From assembly GCA_951406725.2 (NCBI GenBank), contig OX597816.1, positions 135,284,001-135,348,000 on the forward strand: a stretch of 64,000 nt of DNA, written 5' to 3'. Positions within the stretch are counted from its first letter, which is position 1. Each line of letters opens with the position of its first letter. This DNA is from Octopus vulgaris (lineage: Eukaryota). The notes below the pieces were generated by a model. That model did not search any database and was not told the DNA's origin. It was given only the letters and a program-made list of their open reading frames with translations. The translations under genes were made by a program, and so were the position numbers. Shown piece after piece: positions 12,905 through 25,633 of the stretch.

Positions 12905-13368
12905 GAGTGAGAGAGCAGTGCATGCCATCAAAGTGACACTGGGGTAAAATATACGAAGCCCAGTATACCCATCATGACTATCCGTCTGATAAGGGTACGC
13001 CAGGCACATGCATCACAACCATATGTACGCGACATGGTGATCTCATATCAAGATAAACAGCACGTGACCTTGCAGGTGGGGCCCAGTTAGAATTTTCTTC
13101 TGGTCGAGTAACCCACCCCGCTCAAAAGGTCCCTGAATAAGAGTTGTTTAAGAATGTTGAACGAAACACGCATGTTTCCAGATGTGAATTATTCAAACCC
13201 CAAAGAATCCCTCTCGACACATGGCTATGATGCTCCCCCACTACTTCTGCTCGTGATCAGAGACGCACATATCGTCAGCCACTAAGGGACATGCTCAACT
13301 GTTTAAGGTCAAACAACTGACAAGCAAATCTGTGGTATTGAGCAGAATGTTTGCTGTAGCCCATCAGG
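12905..13368 (-). mobile_element. LINE-like 3' fragment inserted in (ATT)n
   Basis: Flanked by ATT repeats on both sides; partial second copy at 5338-5505. Confidence 0.65.
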
Positions 13369-14506
13369 GCATTTATTATTATTATTATTATTATTATTTG
13401 CTCTAATGTTTTTGCACATCCAGCTGAACATGTTCACTTCAATTCTTTCTAGTCTCCTCAAATCCTTTACTTAAACAATCATGGTTCCAAAAGTATTGTC
13501 TGCATAGGCAGACACCATTCTTGCACATGAATTTCAGCAATAACGATTTCCAGTTGTCCTGGCTAAAAGTCTTTCTTCTTTTTTTCCCCCAAAACATTTG
13601 CTTTCTCTACAAACACTCGGAACTCCTGCGTACTCCCACACCCCATCTCAGAAGAAACTCCATCAACTTTGCAGCCATCTTTCCTATTTCTCAACAATGA
13701 TGGCTTCGTGAAAAGTATCTTTATGCTACATCACTCTCCGGCCAATCTCCTCCAAATCTAGCACTTCTAAGGCAATGGAAATAGCCGTTAGTAATAACGT
13801 TCTCCATCAGCTTGAATTTCTCTGTTTCCTCAATGGCCACCAACATGGCTTCTGCACAGCAAAGATCCATTGGAAATGTGTACTCTTATGTCATTTACCA
13901 GTGTTTTTTTTTTTACTTTTGGGAAGTTAGTGAAAACGATGTTGTTGCTCTAATCATCAACAGCGCCTTCGACTGGATCTGCGAATCTCCTAAAGAAACT
14001 TACGAGCTCACAAGCATTGATCAAGCTGAAGCTATTATAGAAGACGCTTGCCCGAGGTGCCGCGCAGTAGGATTGGATCTGAAATCTTGTAACAAAGCAA
14101 AATTTTTAACCACATAGTCACGCTTCGCGTCTGTCTCTATGTATGTATGTACGTGTGCGTGCGTGCGTGCGTGTGTGTGTGTGTGTGTGTGTGTGTTATG
14201 GTGTCAAATGGGCAGAGTCGATAGAGCATCGAATAGAATGCCATTCAGGAAACATTCCGGCTCTCTGCATACTGAGTTTCAATTTTGGCTTTCATCTTCT
14301 TGGGTTCGGTAAATATTGTGCGTTCTGAGTTGAAATCCCGCCTCCTGTAACATCGGTTCCTTTCGAAACCGTCGGAAAATGATGACCGGTTTAGGATGTC
14401 TTTAGCAAATGCCGAAGTATTTCAACTGATTTTTTTCAATTTCTGTATAGTAATGTGAAGGGACTTTGAAGTCCTGTGCACTTATATATAAATATACATA
14501 CATACA

Positions 14507-15794
14507 TACGAGGGGCGTTCAATAAGTAATGCCCCTGACCCACTTCCCATAGCAGTAGAGCAACGAAACTTGGCACAGTTATTAGTCTTTTTCTACATAG
14601 GAACCACCCAGAGTTACGCATTTCTCCCATCGTTTGATGCAGCTCTGGAGACCGTTTTTGTAGAAGACCCCAGCTTGGTCCTCCAACCACGACGTGACTT
14701 CAGAAATCAAGGCTGCATCATCTGGGAAACGCTTTCCTTTCAAAAACAACTTCATGGCTGGGAAGAGGTGAAAATCAGAGGTCAGGAGAGTAGGGAGATG
14801 GGGGAGGAGTTCATAGCCGCACGCCTGTGCTTCTGATCTGGCGACACGCGAGTTGTGGACCGGAGCGTTGTCCTGCAGGAGGAAGATGCCTTTGCTGATC
14901 TTGCCCCGCCTCTTGATTTTGATAGCTTCTCTTAATTTCTTTAAAAGTGAAGCATAATAGGCTCCTGTAATTGTGGTACCCTTTGCCAGGAAATCTGTCA
15001 TCACTACTCCGTCCTGGTCTCTGAAGATTGTGAGCATGACCTTGCCAGCGGAGGGCTGCACCCTTGCCTTCTTTGGAGGAGGTGAGTCACGGTGCTTCCA
15101 TTGCATTGACTGGGCTTTGGTCTCTGGATCATAGTGATGGACCCAGGTTTCATCCCGTGTAATCAGTCTTTTGAAAAATTTTGACTCATCTTCTTGGCAC
15201 ATCTCCAAATTCGTCCTCGAGCACTCGACGCGTTCTTGCTTCTGGAAAGGTGTGAGCAACCTGGGAATCCATCTGACAGACACCTTTTGCATATGCAAAT
15301 GGTCATGAATGATAGTTTCCACAGACCCGGTACTAGTCTTGACCTCATGGGCTATTTGGCGAATAGTTATGCGTCGATCTTCCAAAATGGCAGCCTCAAC
15401 TTGACGGACAGATGACTCATCAATGGCAGAAGGGGGACGACCAGATCTGGGAGCTGTTTCCACAGAGTTCCGACCAATTTTGAATTCACAATGCCAGCGT
15501 TTTACAAGGTCATATGATGGGGCATCATCACCATAAGTTACTTTCATTTCATCAAAAGTCTCCCGTGGTGTGCGTCCTTTCAAATACAAAAACCGGATCA
15601 CTGCTCGACACTCAACAGGCTCCATTTCACACTTCACTCAGTTCAAACACCTGTAAATCAGAAACCACAATTAGTTCAGAGCTGTAATTTTCCACTTAAT
15701 CTATAGAGATATAAATAATTGCACATGCAAACTTTCAGCTAGATCAAACAACTGCAATTGGGTCAGAGGCATTACTTATTGAACGCCCCTCGTA
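14507..15794 (-). mobile_element. Full-length young mariner transposon (1288 bp) in a (TACA)n tract
   Basis: Near-perfect ~36-bp TIRs tacgaggggcgttcaataagtaatgcccctgaccca / tgggtcagaggcattacttattgaacgcccctcgta, with TA duplication. Confidence 0.97.
14582..15637 (-). CDS. Mariner transposase, 351 aa, open frame but with a damaged YSPDL motif (DD31D)
   Basis: N-terminal HTH region, WIPRLL, TRDETWVHHYDPETK, LLQDNAPVH, SDFHLF, RWEKCVTLGGSYVE. Confidence 0.93.
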   Translation of the reverse strand: MKCEMEPVECRAVIRFLYLKGRTPRETFDEMKVTYGDDAPSYDLVKRWHCEFKIGRNSVETAPRSGRPPSAIDESSVRQVEAAILEDRRITIRQIAHEVKTSTGSVETIIHDHLHMQKVSVRWIPRLLTPFQKQERVECSRTNLEMCQEDESKFFKRLITRDETWVHHYDPETKAQSMQWKHRDSPPPKKARVQPSAGKVMLTIFRDQDGVVMTDFLAKGTTITGAYYASLLKKLREAIKIKRRGKISKGIFLLQDNAPVHNSRVARSEAQACGYELLPHLPTLLTSDFHLFPAMKLFLKGKRFPDDAALISEVTSWLEDQAGVFYKNGLQSCIKRWEKCVTLGGSYVEKD

Positions 15795-16113
15795 CATACA
15801 TACATTCATACATACATACATTCATACATACGTATGTACGTACGTACATACATACATAGATACATACATACATACGTATGTACATACATACATACATACA
15901 TACATAGGTATATATTTACAGGATGTTAAATATATATCCGGTCACAGAGTGAACAATGGTTTCACGACCATAAACAGCTTAGCTTTATAGACAACTCGCC
16001 AGACTTCAATGGCCGCGAGCATTTAACTTCATGTAAATATATTACTCTTCTAACTTTTAGAGAGTGCTTCTTTTTCGGATATGGGATCCACTGATGTATA
16101 TATATATATATGT

Positions 16114-16417
16114 GGAGGCAATGGCTCAGTGGTTAGGGCAGCGGACTCGCGGTTGTAGGATCGCGGTTTCGATTCCCAGACCGGGCGTTGTGAGTGTTTA
16201 TTGAGCGAAAACACCTAAAGCTCCACGAGGCTCCGGCAGGGGGTGGTGGCGACCCCTGCTGTACTCTTTCGCCACAACTTTCTCTCACTCTTTCTTCTGT
16301 TGGCCTACTCGCTTAGCCAGCGGGGTGGCGTCATTTGAAGGCTAAAACAATGCGAAGCGCATTGTGGCCAGCGATGTGTAGCAACATCTGATAGCCTGGA
16401 CGGTCACGGTGATCACG

Positions 16418-16420
<3 letters not shown>
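16114..16420 (+). mobile_element. Full-length tRNA-derived SINE in (TA)n
   Basis: A box tggctcagtgg, B box ggtttcgattcc; body shared with the 7071-7325 copy. Confidence 0.85.
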
Positions 16421-16457
<37 letters not shown>

Positions 16458-16458
<1 letters not shown>

Positions 16459-17790
16459 TAGCTAGTGTACCTGGTAATTCCCGGGGATAAAGATGTTCTA
16501 TTGAAATTCCTTATTACTCTGATATTAAGAAAGCACGTTAGCACGCCGGGCGAAATGCGTATCCGTATTTCGTCTGCCGTTACGTTCTGAGTTCAAATTC
16601 CGCCGAGGTCGATTAAATAAGTACCATTTACGCACTGGGGTCGATATAATCAACTTAATCCGTTTGTCTGTCCTTGATTGTCCTCTCTGTGTTTAGCCCC
16701 TTGTGGGTAGTAAAGAAATAGATATTAAGAAAGTGATTTCGTTATAATTGCCAAAAGGTATATCTTCCGTCACGAAAGAGTACAAAAACTGTCAACTGGA
16801 GGACGGAGAGATTGTTGGAGTTTGGTGAGAAAGATTGTCGGAGGTTGGTGAGAGAAGTTTTCGGAGGTTGGCGAGAGGCAAATACATTATTCTGCTTAGC
16901 GAAGGCATCTAGGAAATGTATAAGTGCTGTCATTCACAGAAAACTATTGTTTTACCGTGAGAAAAGCGCTGTGGGAATGTTAAGTGAAATTTGGCAATCG
17001 AGGATCGAGTTCACGCTATGCCTGCATGAATCCGCTATAAATACGTTATGGAATAAAAGATTTTTCAACTATCATGGAAAAAGTGTAACTGTAAAAATGC
17101 AGAATCATCAGAGTAATGGGAATTCAAAAAAGTGTATAGAAATGTATGAATGAAGTCTTTAAGGTTTAAGACTCAAATTAAGGAAGTGTAATAATAAGGT
17201 TTAGCAGTTCAAAACTGTGAGTAGTGAAATACAGAATTAGGTCGGCTGATGGTGAAAATCAAATATTGATTGCTTCACTAAAATCTGTATGGTGGTATGG
17301 GTTATTTTCCTTGGGTTGTTTAAATAAAATATTAGTAATATGTAGTAGATAGAAGGATCCGTATTATCGATTTTTTTTAACAGTCTATATCATGAGGTTT
17401 CCAGACATATATCATGAGGTTTCCAGTTCTACTCACGTGTCAGATAAAGTATAAAGGTGATATTGTCTGCAAAAATTAGAAATAGGACACAGAAAAAAAT
17501 CAATATTCAAAGTAATCGAAGATAAACAATGAAATAGGTTTTTTCCCCTGAGTGTTTAAAAATATTGTACAGGTGCTATGGGTTATTTCCTTTGGGTGTT
17601 TAAAAAATAGTTATATGAAGTAGATATAAAGGTCCCTTCCAGATGCCGTATTATCAATTTTTTTTCAACAATCTAAGTATGTCACGAGATTTCTAGTGTC
17701 AAGTTTCATCAAAATCAATAAAACGATGTAGGAGGCGTTAGCTAACAACGCCACAAACAAACACACACCGATTTTCCACATATGTAGTAT
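16458..17790 (-). mobile_element. Non-autonomous Helitron carrying a nested SINE
   Basis: Minus-strand 3' end cccgggaattaccaggtacactagCTAGt. The 5' region has ttttgatgaaacttgac plus tgtttgtttgt, typical of Lep1-like Helitrons. Internal duplication 17289-17405 / 17571-17697. Confidence 0.65.
16534..16720 (+). mobile_element. Dominant-family SINE, alternative-tail variant
   Basis: 13-bp TSD gatattaagaaag at 16521-16533 and 16721-16733. Confidence 0.85.
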
Positions 17791-17809
17791 ATATATATAT
17801 ATATATATG

Positions 17810-17975
17810 CACGCAGGTATGGCTGTGCGGGAAGAAGCTTGCTTCTCAACTACATGGTTCTGGGTAGTCCCACTGTATGACACCTTAGACAAATGTTTTC
17901 TACTATAGTCTCGGACTGACCAAAGCCTTGTGAGTGGATTTGGTAGAAGGAAACTGAGAGAAATTCGTCGCATAT
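17810..17975 (+). mobile_element. 5' half of a tRNA/CORE-like SINE with an internal microsatellite
   Basis: tggctgtg...aagaagcttgcttc...ggaaactga; paralogs at 39350, 41490(-) and 31845(-). Confidence 0.75.
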
Positions 17976-17984
17976 ATACATATA

Positions 17985-18054
<70 letters not shown>

Positions 18055-18130
18055 TGAGAGAGAGAGAGACAGCGAGAGAGAGAGAGAGAGACAGCGAGAG
18101 AGAGAGAGAGACAGCGAGAGAGAGAGAGAG

Positions 18131-18161
<31 letters not shown>

Positions 18162-18169
18162 CTGTGTGT

Positions 18170-19091
18170 CGCCTTGGAAAGTGTCTTAAAACGGCTTGAG
18201 TTGGATGTACCTCTCAATCATGTCATAAGTACTGGACCAACGGGTCTTATTTCTTTGTATAGTATGGCAAGGCGTTTTTTCTCGAAGTTTACCCGTAAAT
18301 TTTAATGGTTTTAGCTTGCCCACCAACATATTAATTTTATCTAGCAAAATTTCCTGTTAGTCGAGATAAGCAGAAACAGCTAGATTGAATTTATGAGAGG
18401 CACATCCATCAATGGTATTCTACACAGATTCGCTATTGATTTGTTCACTTCAGTACTATCCCTTGTAATAGCTACAGAATTTTCTAAATTTTTGTTTTAG
18501 ACATTTAACACATACTCTATAAATTCGACATAATCATAAGCAGTGTTTCACTTACTATTGGCGAAAACGCCAATTAAAACAGTACAGTAATCATTCGGTT
18601 AATTGTACGAATAAGATGCAAAAGTCCAACGAAATGCGTCGAACCCTTAGTCCAACCGTCGATTACCAACGAAAATTTACTTGGAAGTTCATCAGATATT
18701 TTCTTTTCCACTTCTTGAATAAGTTTCTCCATGTATTTCTTTAAGGTCACATTTGTCATACTTCTCAAATTTGTGTACTTACGAGTCAGTGGGTATTCAG
18801 TAAAGGAAAATGGTTTTAAGCCAACACATACCTACTCAATCCAACCATAAACATTTAAGGCTGAGCGGCCGACCAAACTACTTCTTGGTGAAAGAAAACT
18901 CGATAAAGATGGTTCTCCAGTTGCTTGTGTTGTAGAATACTCTGGATGCTGTTATTTTATATGTGATTCATAAGATTTATCCACCCAGTGTTTTTCTAGA
19001 TCAACTTTTTTCCATACTTGCATTTCCATACATGTTCATTGGTTGTTTGGTTAAAATATTTTCTAACGATTTGTTCGTTTTCATGTGGCAT
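18170..19091 (-). pseudogene. hAT-like transposase relic with BED finger (3'-truncated)
   Basis: MPHENEQIVRKYF...WKCKYGKK...TGWINLMNHI..QHPEY; VYGWIE*VCVGLKPFSFTE; FSLVIDGWTKGSTHFVG; QRNKTRWSSTYDMIERY. Contains stops and frameshifts. Confidence 0.85.
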
Positions 19092-19245
19092 GGGTTAGTT
19101 TAAAATTAAAAAAATATTTCGCCACAGTTTAAAATAAAAAATATTTCGCCACTCCACTGATGAAAGTCTGATTCAGTTAATATGTTGGAGCGAAATTCAA
19201 GATACAACCGCGTTGCAGGCGAAGTTGCGATTTAATGACTTGCTA

Positions 19246-19560
19246 ACAGAATGTGAATTATTCTCGGCAGTCAGAACCAAGAATCACTCGACAGTGATTA
19301 TTTGACAACATACATAATAGCCAATTCCCAAACACGACAGAATGTTTGAATCATTCTCGGCTGTCCTAACCAAGCGTTAACATTCGACTGTGGTTATTTG
19401 ACAATATATAAAATAGCCAATTCCCAAGCATGATAGAATGTGTATCAGTCTCAGCAGTCCGAATCAAGCATACACAATAATCAACATACCCAATAGTCAA
19501 TTCCTAAGCACGACAGAATGTGTGAATCATTCTCAGCAATCAGAACAAAACGTTAACACA
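19246..19560. repeat. ~3.5 imperfect tandem copies of a ~90-bp unit upstream of the hAT relic
   Basis: Unit acagaatgtg..aatcattctcggcagtc.gaaccaag...aatagccaattcccaagcacg, starting at 19246, 19336, 19432 and 19513. Confidence 0.85.
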
Positions 19561-19849
19561 ATACCTCGAATAATAATAGAACACTGTATTTGCCAATTGA
19601 ACGTCGAATGATGTATGAGCCATTTGAAAAACTTTCGCCGACATTGTAATTATACTAATGTGTCCATCTGTTCTAATTTAATTAAATTCTATGTCTTTGT
19701 GCAGCTGAAGATTGCTCTACATTTTAAATTGATGTAATGATTGGATTGTTCAATTAAATGGAGTTGCATGAAACGATCGTACTGCATTAACTATGGATAT
19801 CCTTGATGCTTATTTTGATATATATATATATATATAATTAAATTAGAAC

Positions 19850-20110
19850 AAATGGACACATTAGTATAATTATGCCTAAAATCTCCAAGAAGTTAAAGAG
19901 ATAGACAAAGAACATGTCGCTACTTCAGCATAGAAGTACTAAAATTATCAAGAAGACTCTGCCTGTCACTGATTTTTTGTCTTTATGGGGTTAGTTTTAA
20001 TTTATAGACTAGTTTATCAAATCCCTTGTATACCTAAGGCTGAGGGGCAGTATCTGTTCGGGGTAGGGCTTAGGGAGTTGACTGACATTCTAGTTGGTAT
20101 AGTCATAAAG
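19850..20110 (+). mobile_element. Degenerate 3' end of an RLE-type LINE
   Basis: Encodes IIMPKISKKLKEIDK...STKIIKKTL, similar to an R4/Dong C-terminus, followed by a UTR-like stretch. Confidence 0.5.
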
Positions 20111-20900
20111 CATACATACATATATACATACATACACACATACATACATACAAGTATTGTATGTGTTTACCTGTAAAACAAGTAACAAGTTAAACCAAAT
20201 GCATAGTGTCAATTTATCAATAAATAGCTTTCATTGTATTAGACACGTTGATAAATTTAAGCTTATCTAAGCATGAAACATTAAATAAAAAAAACTGAAC
20301 AAATGTTGCTTTTATAACTATGTGAGGGTATTGTTATATGTGTAGTCATATGAAAATTATTACACAAAACACACATACACACACACACACATGCGAACGC
20401 ACACGCGCGTCCTATTTATACAAACCAGGATTAAAACTGCTTTCCAAGCGCCTTTATCATACTTTATGTAAATATTACAAAAACGTACATTATCTCGTCA
20501 TTTTTTGGTGTGTAATTTTAGATTACATTGACCAATGTTTCCTTTCCTAATTGAAGTTGTCAGAGTGTGAATTATGGAGAAATTGGTTGCTGCTTCAGTG
20601 TGTGCGTCCGTTGGCGTTGACTCAAAGTAAACTTGGTACTTGTTTAGCTCCAGATCAGCCTTGATCGAGCAGACCTCTGATGAAAGGCATTCCAGTTGTA
20701 ACAATCCCTTCTTTTTCGATATCATTGTCCAATATATCTTCTTATGGTGTGATTTGAGGGAGATTTGGTGGCTATTTTCTGTCTGTCGTGCGACCTCCTT
20801 CAAGAAGCCCCCTCGTTGAACACATACATTAATGTTTGGGGAAATATTGTTGGGTTGCAATATAACATGCAAATCAGACGATAATCATATTCTCCCTCTC

Positions 20901-21130
<230 letters not shown>

Positions 21131-21571
21131 TTTGTCTACCTTTCTGTTTATGTGTGTGAGTATACTTCTCTTTATATGTATGAGGAGAGGAAAGGTGTTT
21201 ATACCACTCGTATTCAATAAATGACTTGTAATGTCTTTTTCCTCCTCCTTCTCCCTCCCCTCTCTCTGTTTCTCTCCCTCTCTCATACACACACACACTC
21301 TTTTTTATCTATATGTGTATATTCCGGCGCGCCTGTAAGTGTGTGTATGCTTGCCTCTAGGGCCAAAAAGTACTTTCCCCAAAACAGGGTTAGTATCCGT
21401 GTCAAATCACCAGCATCTAAACAGCCGCGCCCAGTTGTCTCATTCCACTATTCGATTATACCCACCCCCACCTCTCACAAATTAATGCCCTTGTGCCAGT
21501 TTGAAAAAAAAAAAAAGAAAAAGAAACTTATGCTGCCCACTAAATTCGCCATATTCATATTTCCTTCAAGA

Positions 21572-21995
21572 GTGGCAAGCCGGCAAAATCGTTAACGCGT
21601 CAGAAAAAATGCTTTGTGGTGTTTCTTCCGTCTCTTTATGTTCTGTGTTCAAATTCCGCTGAAGTACAATTTTGCTTTTCATCCTTTGGAGGAAAGGGTA
21701 CAGCAATGAAATAAAGTAACTTAGGTCAATGGTATCGACTAATTCCTATACCCAAGTTGCTGGCTTTGTGCCCCATTAATTTTACTTTCTACAACAGGCA
21801 CAAGGTCTTAAAGTTTGGGGGAGGGCGCTAGTCGATTACATCGACCCCAGTGCTGAACTGATACTTATTTTATCGACTCCGAAATAATGAAAGGCAAACT
21901 CGACCTCCGCGAAATTTGAACTCAGAACGTAAAGCCGGAAGAAATGTTGCTAATCATTTTGTCCGGTGTGCTAACGATTCTGCTAGCTGCCGTCT
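21572..21995. mobile_element. Tail-to-tail pair of dominant-family SINEs (+ 21572-21775, - 21786-21995)
   Basis: Both match the family consensus, in opposite orientations. Confidence 0.8.
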
Positions 21996-22013
21996 TCTTT
22001 GTGCCGAAATTAG

Positions 22014-22392
22014 TGTAGGCGCATTATCCCACTTGACAGCGAGTAAACAAGCTGGCTATGCAGATATAGAGGGCGTTACACAACACTAAGGTTCAGACAC
22101 GTGACCTCATCTCTTCCTCTTTTCTGCATGGATACGCAAGCTATGAGGACGCAACTTGACTGGCTCTGTCTTATGCTACGGGCCAGCTTGCAGAAAGGAG
22201 CATAGCACAGAAGACCATGACCTTTACACACTTACCATTCTATTTATCATTCCATTGTGTATATACGTGTGGTTACAGTAAACGTGTTTAAGTTACAACC
22301 TTGCTTGTGTGTGATCTTCATCCGGGTTTACTACCAGTGTGATTACAGCCTTCTGAGAGTCATATTAGGCGGCTCAATAACGACCTGTACCA
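22014..22392. mobile_element. Possible solo LTR
   Basis: Starts tgtagg and ends ...cctgtacca; aaattag occurs on both sides; ~380 bp of otherwise unique sequence. Confidence 0.3.
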
Positions 22393-25300
22393 TCTAAATT
22401 AGAAACCGCATAACACAATTTCTGCAAGTTCACTGCATCCAGATTTTGTAGTGTGTTCAGTAAGCTGGAAATAGTAAAGAAGGACATTTAACTTTAAATG
22501 GTTTAATGAAGTAAACTAATCTCCAGAAGAATGCGACAGATCTAACACACCAGCCAGTTTAACAATATTAGCCTGTCCTTGGGTGCCTTTAGTAGAATGC
22601 ACTTTGTTGCAAACACTCGAATCTCACTCCCGATTCCATCTTCGTACACGTTTTTCCTGCGGGTATTTACCTGTGGTGGATTGATCAGACAGGGCATCGG
22701 CCATCTCATTCTCACTAGTCTTGGGCCAGCAGAGAACATATGCACTGTCCTTCCTTCTTTGACTAAATTGAAATAAAATTCACCTTTGTTTCAGTCAATA
22801 TAAATAGACAGAAATGTTTTCGCCTCGCATATGTTGTTGTTTAGCTCCACGTCAGCTGTGATTGAGTAGACCTATTATAAAAGACGTTCCATCCGTAACC
22901 ATACCGTTATTTTTTACTAAGCGTAGACTATCCCTGACTACATTATACAATGAGTCCTTTTTTTTAAAGACTGTCGGATTTGATTTGAGACAGATTACGC
23001 CACCCGTTGGCTCGAGTGTATGTTGAATATACTTCTGAGTGACGTAATACTACTGAATATTTTTCTTCTACTTCTTTTTCTTCTTTCAATTTTTTTTCCT
23101 TTCGCTCTTTTCTTTCTTTTATGCTTGCTATGAAGTTAGTCCGCATGTATTTATAATGTGCATGTATGTTTTTCTTGTGTCTGTACACTACAGATAATGT
23201 GTAGCCAACAGATCGTGCAGTACCTCCTACTACTCGGTACCTCGTCCCTCTCTTACACACATTGTATATGCAAGCCGTATTCACACAAAACTATAGCTGT
23301 TGTTTAGTTCTAGCTCAGCTCTCAGCAGACACTTATGATCAAAAGCATTCCAGCTTCGACCATCCCGTCTTTTTCTCAATATAGTCTAATTTATTTTTCC
23401 TGTTATAGGACGATAAAGTATGAGTCTGGCTCCTATTATTAGCAAGCCAAGCGCATTGGCTATGTATACATTCTAAACCATTATTTTCTCAATGTTAAGT
23501 CAACTTTATAATTTCTCATAGATATTTTTTCTTGCAGTAATCTAAAGCTTTTCACTGTTATTAATCTGACTTTACTCTCTTCTTTTTCCCAATAGTTTCT
23601 TTTTAACTTGTAATGCTTGTATATCATGTTTACTGGTGAGAGAGTGTATATGAGTGCAGTGTTTGTATAATTGCTTTATACACATGCTTCATTGTATTTC
23701 TCCGCTCTTTAACTGTTTTTTTTTTTGTTTTTTTTTGTTTTTTTCCTCTTTTTTAATAGTATGTTCTCATACCACCACCTCAACCCCACCAGTAACGCTT
23801 CATTACCACAATCACCCTTACACCCATCACGTCTGAAACTCCACCTCCTCTATTGCTTTAAAGTCACTGCTACCTTTACTATTAAGCTCCCGTCACCCTA
23901 TCACCTATCTCGTCGCCACTACCGCAATGCTAATACCAGTTGTCAGGCTTACCGCCGCGGCATATGCCATCACCACCATTCTGCCTGCTCCATTAGCTTA
24001 TCTCCGCACGTCACTCTTCTCAGTTGTACAAGTGATATTACAAAGAAAGTGATAAGTCAGTTTAGAAAAGACATACAGCTGCAACTAATATCTGCCAAAC
24101 ACTTGATATCTTTCTCTTCCATTGTTAATTCAGACGCATATCGACCATCTATTTACATGTCCATACAACTACCATCGCGTGCCGTTGTCAATGCTTGCTA
24201 ACAACTTTCTGTTGAAAGGAAAATGGCAACCATCTCTCACGCTCGTAGTAAATAAAAACAGACAAACAAGACTTAAGTAAAAACGACATAAGAAAAATGT
24301 TTGATTTTATTATTTATCTCCATGTTTATATTGTGTTTGTGGCAATGCTCCGTGTCGAAGACGAACCTCCCACTGCTCATGCACGTTTTGGCATTTGAGC
24401 TACTTCTGACTACGTAAGTTAGTTAGAATTGTGGAGAGACATTCCGTCCGAAATGACACACAAGAAAGCTGAGTCTGTATACACGGATGGTGTTACTGTT
24501 ATGCTGTCGGACTATTCGGTACTATACAGAAAGAATATGAAGTAACAGGAGTACTAACCAACTTGGACAAACCTGTAGTCTTTTATTGTAAACTCGACAT
24601 CCAGAGAGAGAAGTCCATGGTCTATCGCTGGGCTGAGGAACCCATTTAGGTGCTTGGACCTAATTCTGACCAGAACTGCAGGTGAGTAGGCACTAGAATG
24701 AGTAGAGTGGTCAGCTTTATCTAGGAATGTGCAGAGAAGAAGCGCTCCAGAAAAGATCGGGCAGCAGTGGCCACGCTTACAGCATCTATATAATATAGCC
24801 TTGCTCCAGGTTGCATCTAAGCAGAACGCTTGCTCTTTCGTTTATTGTGGAAGGGGACATTTTTCTGCTGGTCAGAATGTTCGTCTGCTGCTAACAGCTT
24901 CTACACTGTCTTTTCTATGGCTCCTACGTTAGCCTGTACTCCACTTAACTATATGGTTTCAGGTTACGGCTCTCCAAGCCTTCTCTACTCACCCGTTGGA
25001 CGTGGCAGCAAGTCATTGATGTATAAAAAAAAAGGAGAGAGAGTTTGGGACAAAATTAGACTCTGATGCACGTCAGAGTTGATGGAATATAAAACAGAAA
25101 GAGCTCCGTCGACACACAGCGATAATGTAAGGAAACTACCGATCCAAAAACGAGGCGAGTGGAGCTCACAGGCACGAGGTTTTGATAGGAGATTCGCATA
25201 TCAGTCATAGCCGAAAGTTTTATTTATGTCGAGTGCGACAACATTGCTTTCACCAAATTTCACCATTGATAGTTTATAAGGGGAGAGTAGGTAACCAGTA

Positions 25301-25415
25301 GATCTGGCTACGGAAATCAGACAGGTGGTCGTTAAGAATAAAATTAGATTTAGTGATAACAAAGAAAGTTGGTTTGTCGTAAAAACAGGCAGTTAAGGAT
25401 ATTTACTGATGGAAG

Positions 25416-25633
25416 TACGAAGGGATGCTGAAAAGTTCCTGACTTTGGGTAAAAGAAAATACAAGAGCAGCAGTTAGTTATGGTTTTATTCGACGTATTC
25501 CCCCCTCAGATCACATATTTATTGCAGCGGTCCTTCAGTTTTCTAAGCCCTGTTGAAGAACTCGGAATGTTGAGCCTCCAGCCAGGCCTTTCGCGATTCC
25601 ATTGAAGCCAGGAACTTTTCAGCATTCCTCGTA
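25416..25633 (-). mobile_element. Mariner-derived MITE
   Basis: TIRs tacgaagggatgctgaaaagttcctg / caggaacttttcagcattcctcgta; reverse paralog of 2377-2597. Confidence 0.88.

Noticed and set aside
16114-16190. tRNA gene
   Set aside because: It continues into a SINE body and lacks a proper acceptor stem and terminator; the same holds for 4266-4330 and 35320-35392.
22542-22776. Host exon in overlapping short ORFs
   Set aside because: No recognisable domain or convincing splice signals.
24330-25410. BEL/Pao gag relic (FVYCGRGHFSA)
   Set aside because: Only one partial zinc-knuckle-like motif; insufficient without tBLASTn.
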